A stretch of DNA of 64,000 bases from Nemertoderma westbladi (lineage: Eukaryota; Animalia; Xenacoelomorpha): NCBI GenBank assembly GCA_032718475.1, contig JAUCBJ010001100.1:1-64000 (forward strand), read 5' to 3'. How positions within the stretch are numbered: position 1 is the first letter of the stretch; every line of letters starts with the position of its first letter. The notes beneath the pieces are model-generated. The model was not told the DNA's origin. It ran no database searches and saw nothing but the letters and a program-made list of their open reading frames with translations. Both the position numbers and the translations under genes were made by a program. This document shows, in pieces, positions 14,459 through 29,700 of this stretch.

Positions 14459-17400
14459 CAGTATAACTGCTCCACCATTCGCAGTATAACTGCTCCACCA
14501 TTCACTCGCAGTATAACTGCTCCACCACTCATAATATACTGCTCCAATATTCACTCGCAGTATAACTGCTCCACCATTCACTCACAGTATAACTGCTCCA
14601 CCATTCATTCACATTGTAACTGCTCCACCATTCATTCACAGTATAACTGCTCCACCATTCACTCACAGTATAACTGCTCCACCATTCACAGTATAACTGC
14701 TCCACCATTCGCAGTATAACTGCTCCACCATTCACTCGCAGTATAACTGCTCCACCACTCATAATATACTGCTCCACCATTCACAGTATAACTGCTCCAC
14801 CATTCGCAGTATAACTGCTCCACCATTCACTCGCAGTATAACTGCTCCACCACTCATAATATACTGCTCCAATATTCACTCGCAGTATAACTGCTCCACC
14901 ATTCACTCATAGTATAATTGCTCCACCATTCACTCACAACTGCTCCACCATTCACAGTATAACTGCTCCACCATTCGCAGTATAACTGCTCCACCATTCA
15001 CTCACAGTATAACTGCTCCACCATTCACTCACAACTGCTCCACCATTCACAGTATAACTGCTCCACCATTCGCAGTATAACTGCTCCACCATTCACTCGC
15101 AGTATAACTGCTCCACCACTCATAATATACTGCTCCAATATTCACTCGCAGTATAACTGCTCCACCATTCACTCACAGTATAACTGCTCCACCATTCATT
15201 CACATTATAACTGCTCCACCATTCATTCACAGTATAACTGCTCCACCATTCACTCACAGTATAACTGCTCCACCATTCACAGTATAACTGCTCCACCATT
15301 CACAGTATAACTGCTCCACCATTCGCAGTATAACTGCTCCACCATTCACTCACAGTATAACTGCTCCACCATTCGCAGTATAACTGCTCCACCATTCACT
15401 CACAACTGCTCCACCATTCACTCACAGTATAACTGCTCCACCATTCACAATATAACTGCTCCACCATTCACAGTATAACTGCTCCACCATTCGCAGTATA
15501 ACTGCTCCACCATTCACTCACAGTATAACTGCTCCACCATTCGCAGTATAACTGCTCCACCATTCACTCGCAGTATAACTGCTCCACCATTCATTCACAG
15601 TATAACTGCTCCACCATTCATTCACATTATAACTGCTCCACCATTCACTCACAACTGATCCACCATTCACTCACAGTATAACTGCTCCACCATTCACTCA
15701 CAACTGCTCCACCATTCACTCACAGTATAACTGCTCCACCATTCATTCACAGTATAACTGATCCACCATTCACTCACAGTATAACTGCTCCACCATTCAT
15801 TCACAGTATAACTGCTCCACCATTCACAGTATAACTGCTCCGCCATTCACAGTATAACTGCTCCACCATTCGCAGTATAACTGCTCCACCATTCACTCAC
15901 AGTATAACTGATCCACCATTCACTCACAGTATAACTGCTCCACCATTCATTCACAGTATAACTGCTCCACCATTCATTCACAGTATAACTGCTCCACCAT
16001 TCACAATATAACTGCTCCGCCATTCACTCGCAGTATAACTGCTCCACCATTCATTCACAGAATAACTGATCCACCATTCACTCACAGTATAACTGCTCCA
16101 CCATTCATTCACAGTATAACTGCTCCACCATTCATTCACAGTATAACTGCTCCACCATTCACAATATAACTGCTCCACCATTCACTCGCAGTATAACTGC
16201 TCCACCATTCGCTCACAGTATAACTGCTCCACCATTCACTCACAGTATAACTGCTCCACCATTCGCAGTATAACTGCTCCACCATTCATAGTATAACTGA
16301 TCCACCATTCACAGTATAACTGCTCTGCCATTCACAGTATAACTGCTCCGCCATTCGCAGTATAACTGCTCCACCATTTGCAGTATAACTGCTCCACCAT
16401 TCATAGTATAACTGATCCACCATTCACTCGCAGTATAACTGCTCCACCATTCACTCGCAGTATAACTGCTCCACCACTCACAATATACTGCTCCACTATT
16501 CACTCGCAGTATAACTGCTCCACCATTCATTCACAGTATAACTGCTCCACCATTCACTCACAACTGCTCCACCATTCACTCACAGTATAACTGCTCCACC
16601 ATTCATTCACAGTATAACTGATCCACCATTCACAGTATAACTGTTCCACCATTCATTCACAGTATAACTGCTCCACCATTCACTCACAGTATAACTGCTC
16701 CACCATTCATTCACAGTATAACTGCTCCACCATTCACTCACAACTGCTCCACCATTCACTCACAGTATAACTGCTCCACCATTCATTCACAGTATAACTG
16801 CTCCACCATTCACAATATAACTGCTCCACCATTCACTCGCAGTATAACTGTTCCACCATTCACTCACAGTATAACTGCTCCACCATTCACTCGCAGTATA
16901 ACTGCTCCACCATTCACTCACAGTATAACTGCTCCACCATTCGCAGTATAACTGCTCCACCATTCATAGTATAACTGATCCACCATTCACAGTATAACTG
17001 CTCTGCCATTCACAGTATAACTGCTCCGCCATTCGCAGTATAACTGCTCCACCATTCGCAGTATAACTGCTCCACCATTCACTCACAGTATAACTGCTCC
17101 ACCATTCACTCACAGTATAACTGCTCCACCATTTACTCACAGTATAACTGCTCCACCATTCACTCACAGTATAACTGCTCCACCATTCACTCACAGTATA
17201 ACTGCTCCACCATTCGCAGTATAACTGCTCCACCATTCACAGTATAACTGTTCCACCATTCATAGTATAACTCATCCACCACTCACAGTATAACTGCTCC
17301 GCCATTCGCAGTATATCTGCTCCGCCATTCGCAGTATAACTGCTCCACCATTCGCAGTATAACTGCTCCACCATTCACTCACAGTATAACTGCTCCACCA

Positions 17401-20400
17401 TTCACTCACAGTATAACTGCTCCACCATTCACTCACAGTATAACTGCTCCACCATTCACTCGCAGTATAACTGCTCCACCATTCACTCGCAGTATAACTG
17501 CTCCACCATTCGCAGTATAACTGCTCCACCATTCACAGTATAACTGCTCCACCATTCACAGTATAACTGCTCCACCATTCACTCACAGTATAACTGCTCC
17601 ACCATTCACAGTATAACTGCTCCACCATTCACTCACAGTATAACTGCTCCACCATTCACTCACAGTATAACTGCTCCACCATTCACTCGCAGTATAACTG
17701 CTCCACCATTCACTCACAGTATAACTGCTCCACCATTCACTCACAGTATAACTGCTCCGCCATTCACTCGCAGTATAACTGCTCCACCATTCACTCACAG
17801 TATAACTGCTCCGCCATTCGCAGTATAACTGCTCCGCCATTCGCAGTATAACTGCTCCGCCATTCGCATTATAACTGCTCCACCATTCGCAGTATAACTG
17901 CTCTACCATTCACTCACAGTATAACTGCTCCACCATTCACTCACAGTATAACTGCTCCACCATTCACTCGCAGTATAACTGCTCCACCATTCACTCGCAG
18001 TATAACTGCTGCACCATTCGCAGTATAACTGCTCCACCATTCACTCCCAGTATAACTGCTCCACCATTCACTCACAGTATAACTGCTCCACTATTCACTC
18101 GCAGTATAACTGCTCCACCATTCACTCGCAGTATAACTGCTCCACCATTCGCAGTATAACCGCTCCACCATTCACTCACAGTATAACTGCTCCACCATTC
18201 ACTCACAGTATAACTGCTCCACCATTCACTCACAGTATAACTGCTCCGCCATTCGCAGTATAACTGCTCCGCCATTCGCAGTATAACTGCTCCGCCATTC
18301 GCATTATAACTGCTCCACCATTCGCAGTATAACTGCTCCACCATTCACTCACAGTATAACTGCTCCACCATTCACTCACAGTATAACTGCTCCACCATTC
18401 ACTCACAGTATAACTGCTCCACCATTCACAGTATAACTGCTCCACCATTCACTCACAGTATAACTGCTCCACCATTCACTCACAGTATAGCTGCTCCACC
18501 ATTCATTCACAGTATAACTGCTCCACCATTCGCTCACAGTATAACTGTTCCACCATTCACTCACAGTATAACTGCTCCACCATTCACAGTATAACTGCTC
18601 CACCATTCACTCACAGTATAACTGCTCCACCATTCACTCACAGTATAGCTGCTCCACCATTCACTCACAGTATAACTGCTCCACCATTCACTCACAGTAT
18701 AACTGCTCCACCATTCACTCACAGTATAACTGCTCCACCATTCACTCACAGTATAACTGCTCCACCATTCATAGTATAACTGCTCCACCATTCACAGTAT
18801 AACTGCTCCACCATTCACTCACAGTATAACTGCTCCACCATTCACTCACAGTATAACTGCTCCACCATTCATAGTATAACTGCTCCACCATTCATTCACA
18901 GTATAACTGCTCCACCATTCACAATATAACTGATCCACCATTCACTCGCAGTATAACTGCTCCACCATTCACTCACAGTATAACTGCTCCACCATTCACT
19001 CACAGTATAACTGCTCCACCATTCACTCGCAGTATAACTGCTCCACCATTCACTCGCAGTATAACTGCTCCACCATTCGCAGTATAACTGCTCCACCATT
19101 CACTCACAGTATAACTGCTCCACCATTCACTCACAGTATAACTGCTCCACCATTCACTCGCAGTATAACTGCTCCACCATTCGCAGTATAACTGCTCCAC
19201 CATTCACTCACAGTATAACTGCTCCACCATTCACTCACAGTATAACTGCTCCACCATTCACTCACAGTATAACTGCTCCGCCATTCGCAGTATAACTGCT
19301 CCGCCATTCGCAGTATAACTGCTCCGCCATTCGCATTATAACTGCTCCACCATTCGCAGTATAACTGCTCCACCATTCACTCACAGTATAACTGCTCCAC
19401 CATTCACTCACAGTATAACTGCTCCACCATTCACAGTATAACTGCTCCACCATTCACTCACAGTATAACTGCTCCACCATTCACTCACAGTATAACTGCT
19501 CCACCATTCATTCACAGTATTAACTGCTCCACCATTCGCTCACAGTATAACTGCTCCACCATTCACTCGCAGTATAACTGCTCCACCATTCACTCACAGT
19601 ATAACTGCTCCACCATTCACTCACAGTATAACTGCTCCACCATTCACTCACAGTATAACTGCTCCACCATTCACTCACAGTATAACTGCTCCACCATTCA
19701 TAGTATAACTGCTCCACCATTCACTCGCAGTATAACTGCTCCACCATTCACTCACAGTATAACTGCTCCACCATTCATAGTATAACTGCTCCACCATTCA
19801 CAGTATAACTGCTCCACCATTCACTCACAGTATAACTGCTCCACCATTCACTCACAGTATAACTGCTCCACCATTCATAGTATAACTGCTCCACCATTCA
19901 TTCACAGTATAACTGCTCCACCATTCACAATATAACTGCTCCACCATTCACTCGCAGTATAACTGCTCCACCATTCACTCACAGTATAACTGCTCCACCA
20001 TTCACTCACAGTATAACTGCTCCACCATTCACTCACAATATAACTGCTCCACCATTCGCAGTATAACTGCTCCACCATTCATAGTATATCTCATCCACCA
20101 TTCACAGTATAACTGCTCCGCCATTCGCAGTATAACTGCTCCGCCATTCGCAGTATAACTGCTCCGCCATTCGCAGTATAACTGCTCCGCCATTCGCAGT
20201 ATAACTGCTCCACCATTCGCAGTATAACTGCTCCACCATTCACTCGCAGTATAACTGCTCCGCCATTCACAGTATAACTGCTCCACCACTCACAGTATAA
20301 CTGCTCCGCCATTCACAGTATAACTGCTCCGCCATTCACAGTATAACTGCTCCACCATTCACAGTATAACTGCTCCACCACTCACAGTATAACTGCTCCG

Positions 20401-20733
20401 CCATTCACAGTATAACTGCTCCACCATTCGCTGTATAACTGCTCCACCATTCACAGTATAACTGCTCCGCCATTCACTCACAGTATAACTGCTCCACCAT
20501 TCACAGTATAACTGCTCCACCATTCATAGTATAACTGATCCACCATTCACAGTATAACTGCTCCGCCATTCGCTGTATAACTGCTCCACCATTCATAGTA
20601 TATCTCATCCACCATTCACAGTATAACTGCTCCGCCATTCGCTGTATAACTGCTCCACCATTCGCAGTATAACTGCTCCACCATTCACTCACAGTATAAC
20701 TGCTCCGCCATTCACAGTATAACTGCTCCACCA
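14459..20733 (+). repeat. Higher-order duplication: copy of ~1800-8074 at offset 12,659 bp
   Basis: ORF-track peptides recur identically at +12659 (1870/14529, 3319/15978, 4924/17583, 7842/20501); rare variants CAGAATAAC, CCATTTGCAG, ACTCCCAG and GTATTAAC recur at the same offset. Confidence 0.92.
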
Positions 20734-23700
20734 CTCACAGTATAACTGCTCCGCCATTCACAGTATAACTGCTCCGCCATTCACAGTATAACTGCTCCAC
20801 CATTCATAGTATAACTGATCCACCATTCACAGTATAACTGCTCCGCCATTCGCTGTATAACTGCTCCACCATTCATAGTATATCTCATCCACCATTCACA
20901 GTATAACTGCTCCGCCATTCGCTGTATAACTGCTCCACCATTCGCAGTATAACTGCTCCACCATTCACTCACAGTATAACTGCTCCGCCATTCACAGTAT
21001 AACTGCTCCACCACTCACAGTATAACTGCTCCGCCATTCACAGTATAACTGCTCCGCCATTCACAGTATAACTGCTCCGCCATTCACAGTATAACTGCTC
21101 CACCATTCACAGTATAACTGCTCCGCCATTCATAGTATAACTGCTCCGCCATTCGCTGTATAACTGCTCCACCATTCGCAGTATAACTGCTCCACCATTC
21201 ACTCACAGTATAACTGCTCCGCCATTCACAGTATAACTGCTCCACCACTCACAGTATAACTGCTCCGCCATTCACAGTATAACTGCTCCGCCATTCACAG
21301 TATAACTGCTCCGCCATTCACAGTATAACTGCTCCACCATCTCACAGTATAACTGCTCCGCCATTCACAGTATAACTGCTCCGCCATTCGCAGTATAACT
21401 GCTCCACCATTCGCAGTATAACTGCTCCACCATTCACTCACAGTATAACTGCTCCGCCATTCACAGTATAACTGCTCCGCCATTCATAGTATAACTGCTC
21501 CACCATTCACAGTATAACTGCTCCGCCATTCACAGTATAACTGCTCCACCATTCGCAGTATAACTGTTCCACCATTCACTCACAGTATAACTGCTCCGCC
21601 ATTCACAGTATAACTGCTCCACCACTCACAGTATAACTGCTCCGCCATTCACAGTATAACTGCTCCACCATTCACTCACAGTATAACTGCTCCGCCATTC
21701 ACAGTATAACTGCTCCACCATTCACAGTATAACTGCTCCGCCATTCACAGTATAACTGCTCCACCATTCACAGTATAACTGCTCCACCATTCACAGTATA
21801 ACTGCTCCACCATTCCTCACAGTATAACTGCTCCGCCATTCACAGTATAACTGCTCCGCCATTCATAGTATAACTGCTCCACCATTCACAGTATAACTGC
21901 TCCGCCATTCGCAGTATAACTGCTCCACCATTCGCAGTATAACTGCTCCGCCATTCACAGTATAACTGCTCCGCCATTCATAGTATAACTGCTCCACCAT
22001 TCACAGTATAACTGCTCCGCCATTCGCAGTATAACTGCTCCACCATTCACAGTATAACTGCTCCGCCATTCGCAGTATAACTGCTCCGCCATTCACAGTA
22101 TAACTGCTCCACCATTCACAGTATAACTGCTCCGCCATTCGCTGTATAACTGCTCCGCCATTCACAGTATAACTGCTCCACCATTCACTCACAGTATAAC
22201 TGCTCCACCATTCGCAGTATAACTGCTCCGCCATTCACAGTATAACTGCTCCACCATTCACAGTATAACTGCTCCGCCATTCGCTGTATAACTGCTCCTC
22301 CATTCACAGTATAACTGCTCCACCATTCACTCGCAGTATAACTGCTCCACCATTCACAGTATAACTGCTCCACCATTCACTCACAGTATAACTGCTCCAC
22401 CATTCGCAGTATAACTGCTCCACCATTCACTCACAGTATAACTGCTCCACCATTCACAGTATAACTGCTCCACCATTCACTCGCAGTATAACTGCTCCAC
22501 CATTCACAGTATAACTGCTCCACCATTCACTCACAGTATAACTGCTCCACCATTCGCAGTATAACTGCTCCACCATTCACTCACAGTATAACTGCTCCAC
22601 CATTCGCAGTATAACTGCTCCACCATTCACTCACAGTATAACTGCTCCACCATTCACAGTATAACTGCTCCACCATTCACTCACAGTATAACTGCTCCAC
22701 CATTCACAGTATAACTGCTCCACCATTCACTCACAGTATAACTGCTCCACCATTCGCAGTATAACTGCTCCGCCATTCACAGTATAACTGCTCCACCATT
22801 CATAGTATAACTGCTCCACCATTCACAGTATAACTGCTCCGCCATTCGCTGTATAACTGCTCCGCCATTCACTCACAGTATAACTGCTCCGCCATTCACA
22901 GTATAACTGCTCCACCATTCACTCACAGTATAACTGCTCCGCCATTCACAGTATAACTGCTCCACCATTCACAGTATAACTGCTCCGCCATTCGCTGTAT
23001 AACTGCTCCGCCATTCACAGTATAACTGGTCCACCATTCATAGTATAACTGCTCCACCATTCGCAGTATAACTGTTCCACCATTCACTCACAGTATAACT
23101 GCTCCGCCATTCACAGTATAACTGCTCCACCACTCACAGTGTAACTGCTCCACCATTCACAGTATAACTGCTCCGCCATTCACAGTATAACTGCTCCACC
23201 ATTCACAGTATAACTGCTCCACCATTCATAGTATAACTCATCCACCATTCACAGTATAACTGCTCCACCATTCACTCACAGTATAACTGCTCCGCCATTC
23301 ACAGTATAACTGCTCCACCACTCACAGTGTAACTGCTCCGCCATTCACAGTATAACTGCTCCACCATTCATAGTATAACTCATCCACCATTCACAGTATA
23401 ACTGCTCCACCATTCACAGTATAACTGCTCCGCCATTCATAGTATAACTGCTCCACCATTCACAGTATAACTGCTCCACCATTCACAGTATAACTGCTCC
23501 GCCATTCATAGTATAACTGCTCCACCATTCGCAGTATAACTGCTCCGCCATTCTCCGCCATTCATAGTATAACTGATCCACCATTCACAGTATAACTGCT
23601 CCACCATTCACAGTATAACTGCTCCGCCATTCGCTTGCTCCACCATTCACAGTATAACTGCTCCGCCATTCGCTGTATAACTGCTCCGCCATTCGCAGTA

Positions 23701-26700
23701 TAACTGCTCCACCATTCGCAGTATAACTGCTCCGCCATTCACATTATAACTGCTCCACCATTCACTCACAACTGCTCCACCATTCACTCACAGTATAACT
23801 GGTCCACCATTCATAGTATAACTGCTCCACCATTCGCAGTATAACTGTTCCGCCATTCACAGTATAACTGCTCCACCATTCACAGTATAACTGCTCCGCC
23901 ATTCACATTATAACTGCTCCACCATTCACTCACAACTGCTCCACCATTCACTCACAGTATAACTGCTCCACCATTCATAGTATAACTGCTCCACCATTCG
24001 CAGTATAACTGTTCCACCATTCACTCACAGTATAACTGCTCCGCCATTCACAGTATAACTGCTCCACCACTCACAGTGTAACTGCTCCGCCATTCACAGT
24101 ATAACTGCTCCACCATTCACAGTATAACTGCTCCGCCATTCACATTATAACTGCTCCACCATTCACTCACAACTGCTCCACCATTCACTCACAGTATAAC
24201 TGCTCCACCATTCATAGTATAACTGCTCCACCATTCGCAGTATAACTGTTCCACCATTCACTCACAGTATAACTGCTCCGCCATTCACAGTATAACTGCT
24301 CCACCACTCACAGTATAACTGCTCCACCATTCATAGTATATCTCATCCACCATTCACAGTATAACTGCTCCACCATTCACTCACAACTGCTCCACCATTC
24401 ACTCACAGTATAACTGCTCAACCATTCACAGTATAACTGTTCCACCATTCGCAGTATAACTGCTCCACCATTCATAGTATAACTGCTCCGCCATTCATAG
24501 TATAACTGCTCCACCACTCACAGTATAACTGCTCCACCATTCATAGTATATCTCATCCACCATTCACAGTATAACTGCTCCACCATTCACTCACAACTGC
24601 TCCACCATTCACTCACAGTATAACTGCTCAACCATTCACAGTATAACTGCTCCACCATTCATAGTATAACTGCTCCGCCATTCACAGTATAACTGCTCCA
24701 CCATTCACTCACAGTATAACTGCTCCACCATTCACTCACAGTATAACTGCTCCACCATTCACTCACAGTATAACTGCTCCACCATTCACTCACAGTATAA
24801 CTGCTCCACCATTCGCAGTATAACTGCTCCACCATTCATTCACAGTATAACTGCTCCACCATTCACTCACAACTGCTCCACCATTCACTCACAGTATAAC
24901 TGCTCAACCATTCACAGTATAACTGTTCCACCATTCGCAGTATAACTGCTCCACCATTCATAGTATAACTGCTCCGCCATTCATAGTATAACTGCTCCAC
25001 CACTCACAGTATAACTGCTCCACCATTCATAGTATATCTCATCCACCATTCACAGTATAACTGCTCCACCATTCACTCACAACTGCTCCACCATTCACTC
25101 ACAGTATAACTGCTCAACCATTCACAGTATAACTGCTCCACCATTCATAGTATAACTGCTCCGCCATTCACAGTATAACTGCTCCACCATTCACTCACAG
25201 TATAACTGCTCCACCATTCACTCACAGTATAACTGCTCCACCATTCACTCACAGTATAACTGCTCCACCATTCACTCACAGTATAACTGCTGCACCATTC
25301 GCAGTATAACTGCTCCACCATTCATTCACAGTATAACTGCTCCACCACTCACAGTATAACTGTTCCACCATTCATTCACAGTATAACTGCTCAGCCATTC
25401 ACAGTATAACTGCTCAACCACTCACAGTATAACTGCTCCACCATTCACTCACAGTATAACTGCTCCACCATTCGCAGTATAACTGCTCCACCATTCATTC
25501 ACAGTATAACTGCTCCACCATTCACAGTATAACTGTTCCACCATTCACTCACAGTATAACTGTTCCACCATTCGCAGTATAACTGCTCCACCATTCATAG
25601 TATAACTGCTCCGCCATTCATAGTATAACTGCTCCACCACTCACAGTATAACTGCTCCACCATTCATAGTATATCTCATCCACCATTCACAGTATAACTG
25701 CTCCACCATTCACTCACAACTGCTCCACCATTCACTCACAGTATAACTGCTCCACCATTCATAGTATAACTGCTCCGCCATTCATAGTATAACTGCTCCA
25801 CCATTCACAGTATAACTGCTCCACCATTCACAGTATAACTGCTCCACCATTCACTCACAGTATAACTGCTCCACCATTCACTCACAGTATAACTGCTCCA
25901 CCATTCGCAGTATAACTGCTCCACCATTCATTCACAGTATAACTGCTCCACCATTCACAGTATAACTGCTCCACCATTCATAGTATAACTGCTCCACCAT
26001 TCATAGTATAACTGCTCCGCCATTCACAGTATAACTGCTCCACCATTCACAGTATAACTGCTCCGCCATTCACTCACAGTATAACTGCTCCACCATTCAC
26101 TCACAGTATAACTGCTCCACCATTCATAGTATAACTGCTCCACCATTCACTCACAGTATAACTGCTCCACCATTCACTCACAGTATAACTGCTCCACCAT
26201 TCACTCACAGTATAACTGCTCCACCATTCACTCACAGTATAACTGCTCCACCATTCGCAGTATAACTGCTCCACCATTCACTCACAGTATAACTGCTCCA
26301 CCATTCACTCACAGTATAACTGCTCCACCATTCACTCACAGTATAACTGCTCCACCATTCGCAGTATAACTGCTCCACCATTCATTCACAGTATAACTGC
26401 TCCACCATTCACAGTATAACTGCTCCACCATTCATAGTATAACTGCTCCACCATTCACAGTATAACTGCTCCGCCATTCGCAGTATAACTGCTCCACCAT
26501 TCACTCACAGTATAACTGCTCCGCCATTCACAGTATAACTGCTCCACCACTCACAGTATAACTGCTCCGCCATTCACAGTATAACTGCTCCACCATTCAC
26601 AGTATAACTGCTCCGCCATTCACAGTATAACTGCTCCACCATTCACAGTATAACTGCTCCACCATTCACTCACAGTATAACTGCTCCACCATTCACTCAC

Positions 26701-29700
26701 AGTATAACTGCTCCACCATTCACTCATAGTATAACTGCTCCACCATTCATAGTATAACTGCTCCGCCATTCACAGTATAACTGCTCCACCATTCACTCAC
26801 AGTATAACTGCTCCACCATTCATAGTATAACTGCTCCACCATTCACAGTATAACTGCTCCGCCATTCACTCACAGTATAACTGCTCCGCCATTCACAGTA
26901 TAACTGCTCCACCACTCACAGTATAACTGCTCCGCCATTCACAGTATAACTGCTCCACCATTCACAGTATAACTGCTCCGCCATTCATAGTATTTCTGCT
27001 CCGCCATTCACAGTATAACTGCTCCACCATTCACTCACAGTATAACTGCTCCACCATTCATAGTATAACTGCTCCACCATTCACAGTATAACTGCTCCAC
27101 CATTCACAGTATAACTGCTCCATCATTCGCAGTATAACTGCTCCGGCATTCGCAGTATAACTGCTCCGCCATTCACAGTATAACTGCTCCGCCATTCACA
27201 GTATAACTGCTCCACCATTCACAGTATAACTGCTCCGCCATTCATAGTATAACTGCTCCGCCATTCATAGTTTAACTGCTCCACCATTCGCAGTATAACT
27301 GCTCCGCCATTCACAGTATAACTGCTCCGCCATTCACAGTATAACTGCTCCACCACTCACAGTATAACTGCTCCACCATTCATAGTATATCTCATCCACC
27401 ATTCACAGTATAACTGCTCCACCATTCACTCACAACTGCTCCACCATTCACTCACAGTATAACTGCTCCACCATTCACTCACAGTATAACTGCTCCGCCA
27501 TTCACAGTATAACTGCTCCACCATTCACTCACAGTATAACTGCTCCACCATTCATAGTATAACTGCTCCGCCATTCGCAGTATAACTGCTCCGCCATTCA
27601 CAGTATAACTGCTCCGCCATTCACAGTATAACTGCTCCACCATTCACAGTATAACTGCTCCGCCATTCATAGTATAACTGCTCCACCATTCATAGTATAA
27701 CTGCTCCGCCATTCGCAGTATAACTGCTCCGCCATTCACAGTATAACTGCTCCACCATTCACTCACAGTATAACTGCTCCACCATTCATAGTATAACTGC
27801 TCCACCATTCATAGTATAACTGCTCCGCCATTCATAGTTTAACTGCTCCACCATTCACAGTATAACTGCTCCGCCATTCATAGTATAACTGCTCCACCAT
27901 TCATAGTATAACTGCTCCGCCATTCGCAGTATAACTGCTCCACCATTCATAGTATAACTGCTCCACCATTCATAGTATAACTGCTCCGCCATTCATAGTT
28001 TAACTGCTCCACCATTCACAGTATAACTGCTCCGCCATTCATAGTATAACTGCTCCACCATTCATAGTATAACTGCTCCGCCATTCGCAGTATAACTGCT
28101 CCGCCATTCACAGTATAACTGCTCCACCATTCACTCACAGTATAACTGCTCCGCCATTCACAGTATAACTGCTCCGCCATTCATAGTATAACTGCTCCAC
28201 CATTCACAGTATAACTGCTCCGCCATTCATAGTATAACTGCTCCGCCATTCATAGTTTAACTGCTCCACCATTCACTCACAGTATAACTGCTCCGCCATT
28301 CACAGTATAACTGCTCCACCATTCACAGTATAACTGCTCCGCCATTCATAGTATAACTGCTCCGCCATTCATAGTTTAACTGCTCCACCATTCACTCACA
28401 GTATAACTGCTCCACCATTCACTCACAGTATAACTGCTCCGCCATTCACTCGCAGTATAACTGCTCCACCATTCACTCACAGTATAACTGCTCCACCATT
28501 CACTCACAGTATAACTGCTCCGCCATTCACTCGCAGTATAACTGCTCCACCATTCACTCACAGTATAACTGCTCCACCATTCACTCACAGTATAACTGCT
28601 CCGCCATTCACAGTATAACTGCTCCACCATTCACTCACAGTATAACTGCTCCGCCATTCACTCGCAGTATAACTGCTCCACCATTCACTCACAGTATAAC
28701 TGCTCCACCATTCACTCACAGTATAACTGCTCCACCATTCACAGTATAACTGATCCACCATTCACTCACAGTATAACTGCTCCACCATTCACTCACAGTA
28801 TAACTGCTCCGCCATTCATAGTATAACTGCTCCGCCATTCATAGTATAACTGCTCCGCCATTCGCAGTATAACTGCTCCACCATTCGCAGTATAACTGCT
28901 CCACCATTCATAGTATAACTGCTCCACCATTCACTCACAGTATAACTGCTCCACCATTCACTCACAGTATAACTGCTCCACCATTCACTCACAGTATAAC
29001 TGCTCCACCATTCGCAGTATAACTGCTCCGCCATTCACAGTATAACTGCTCCACCATTCACAGTATAACTGCTCCGCCATTCGCTGTATAACTGCTCCGC
29101 AATTCACAGTATAACTGGTCCACCATTCATAGTATAACTGCTCCACCATTCGCAGTATAACTGTTCCACCATTCACTCACAGTATAACTGCTCCACCATT
29201 CACTCACAGTATAACTGCTCAACCATTCATAGTATAACTGCTCCACCATTCACAGTATAACTGATCCACCATTCACTCACAGTATAACTGCTCCACCATT
29301 CACAGTATAACTGCTCCACCACTCACAGTGTAACTGCTCCGCCATTCATAGTATAACTGCTCCGCCATTCGCAGTATAACTGCTCCACCATTCGCAGTAT
29401 AACTGCTCCACCATTCATAGTATAACTGCTCCACCATTCACTCACAGTATAACTGCTCCACCATTCACTCACAGTATAACTGCTCCACCATTCACTCACA
29501 GTATAACTGCTCCACCATTCGCAGTATAACTGCTCCGCCATTCACAGTATAACTGCTCCACCATTCACAGTATAACTGCTCCGCCATTCGCTGTATAACT
29601 GCTCCGCCATTCATAGTATAACTGCTCCGCCATTCGCAGTATAACTGCTCCACCATTCACTCACAGTATAACTGCTCCGCCATTCGCAGTATAACTGCTC

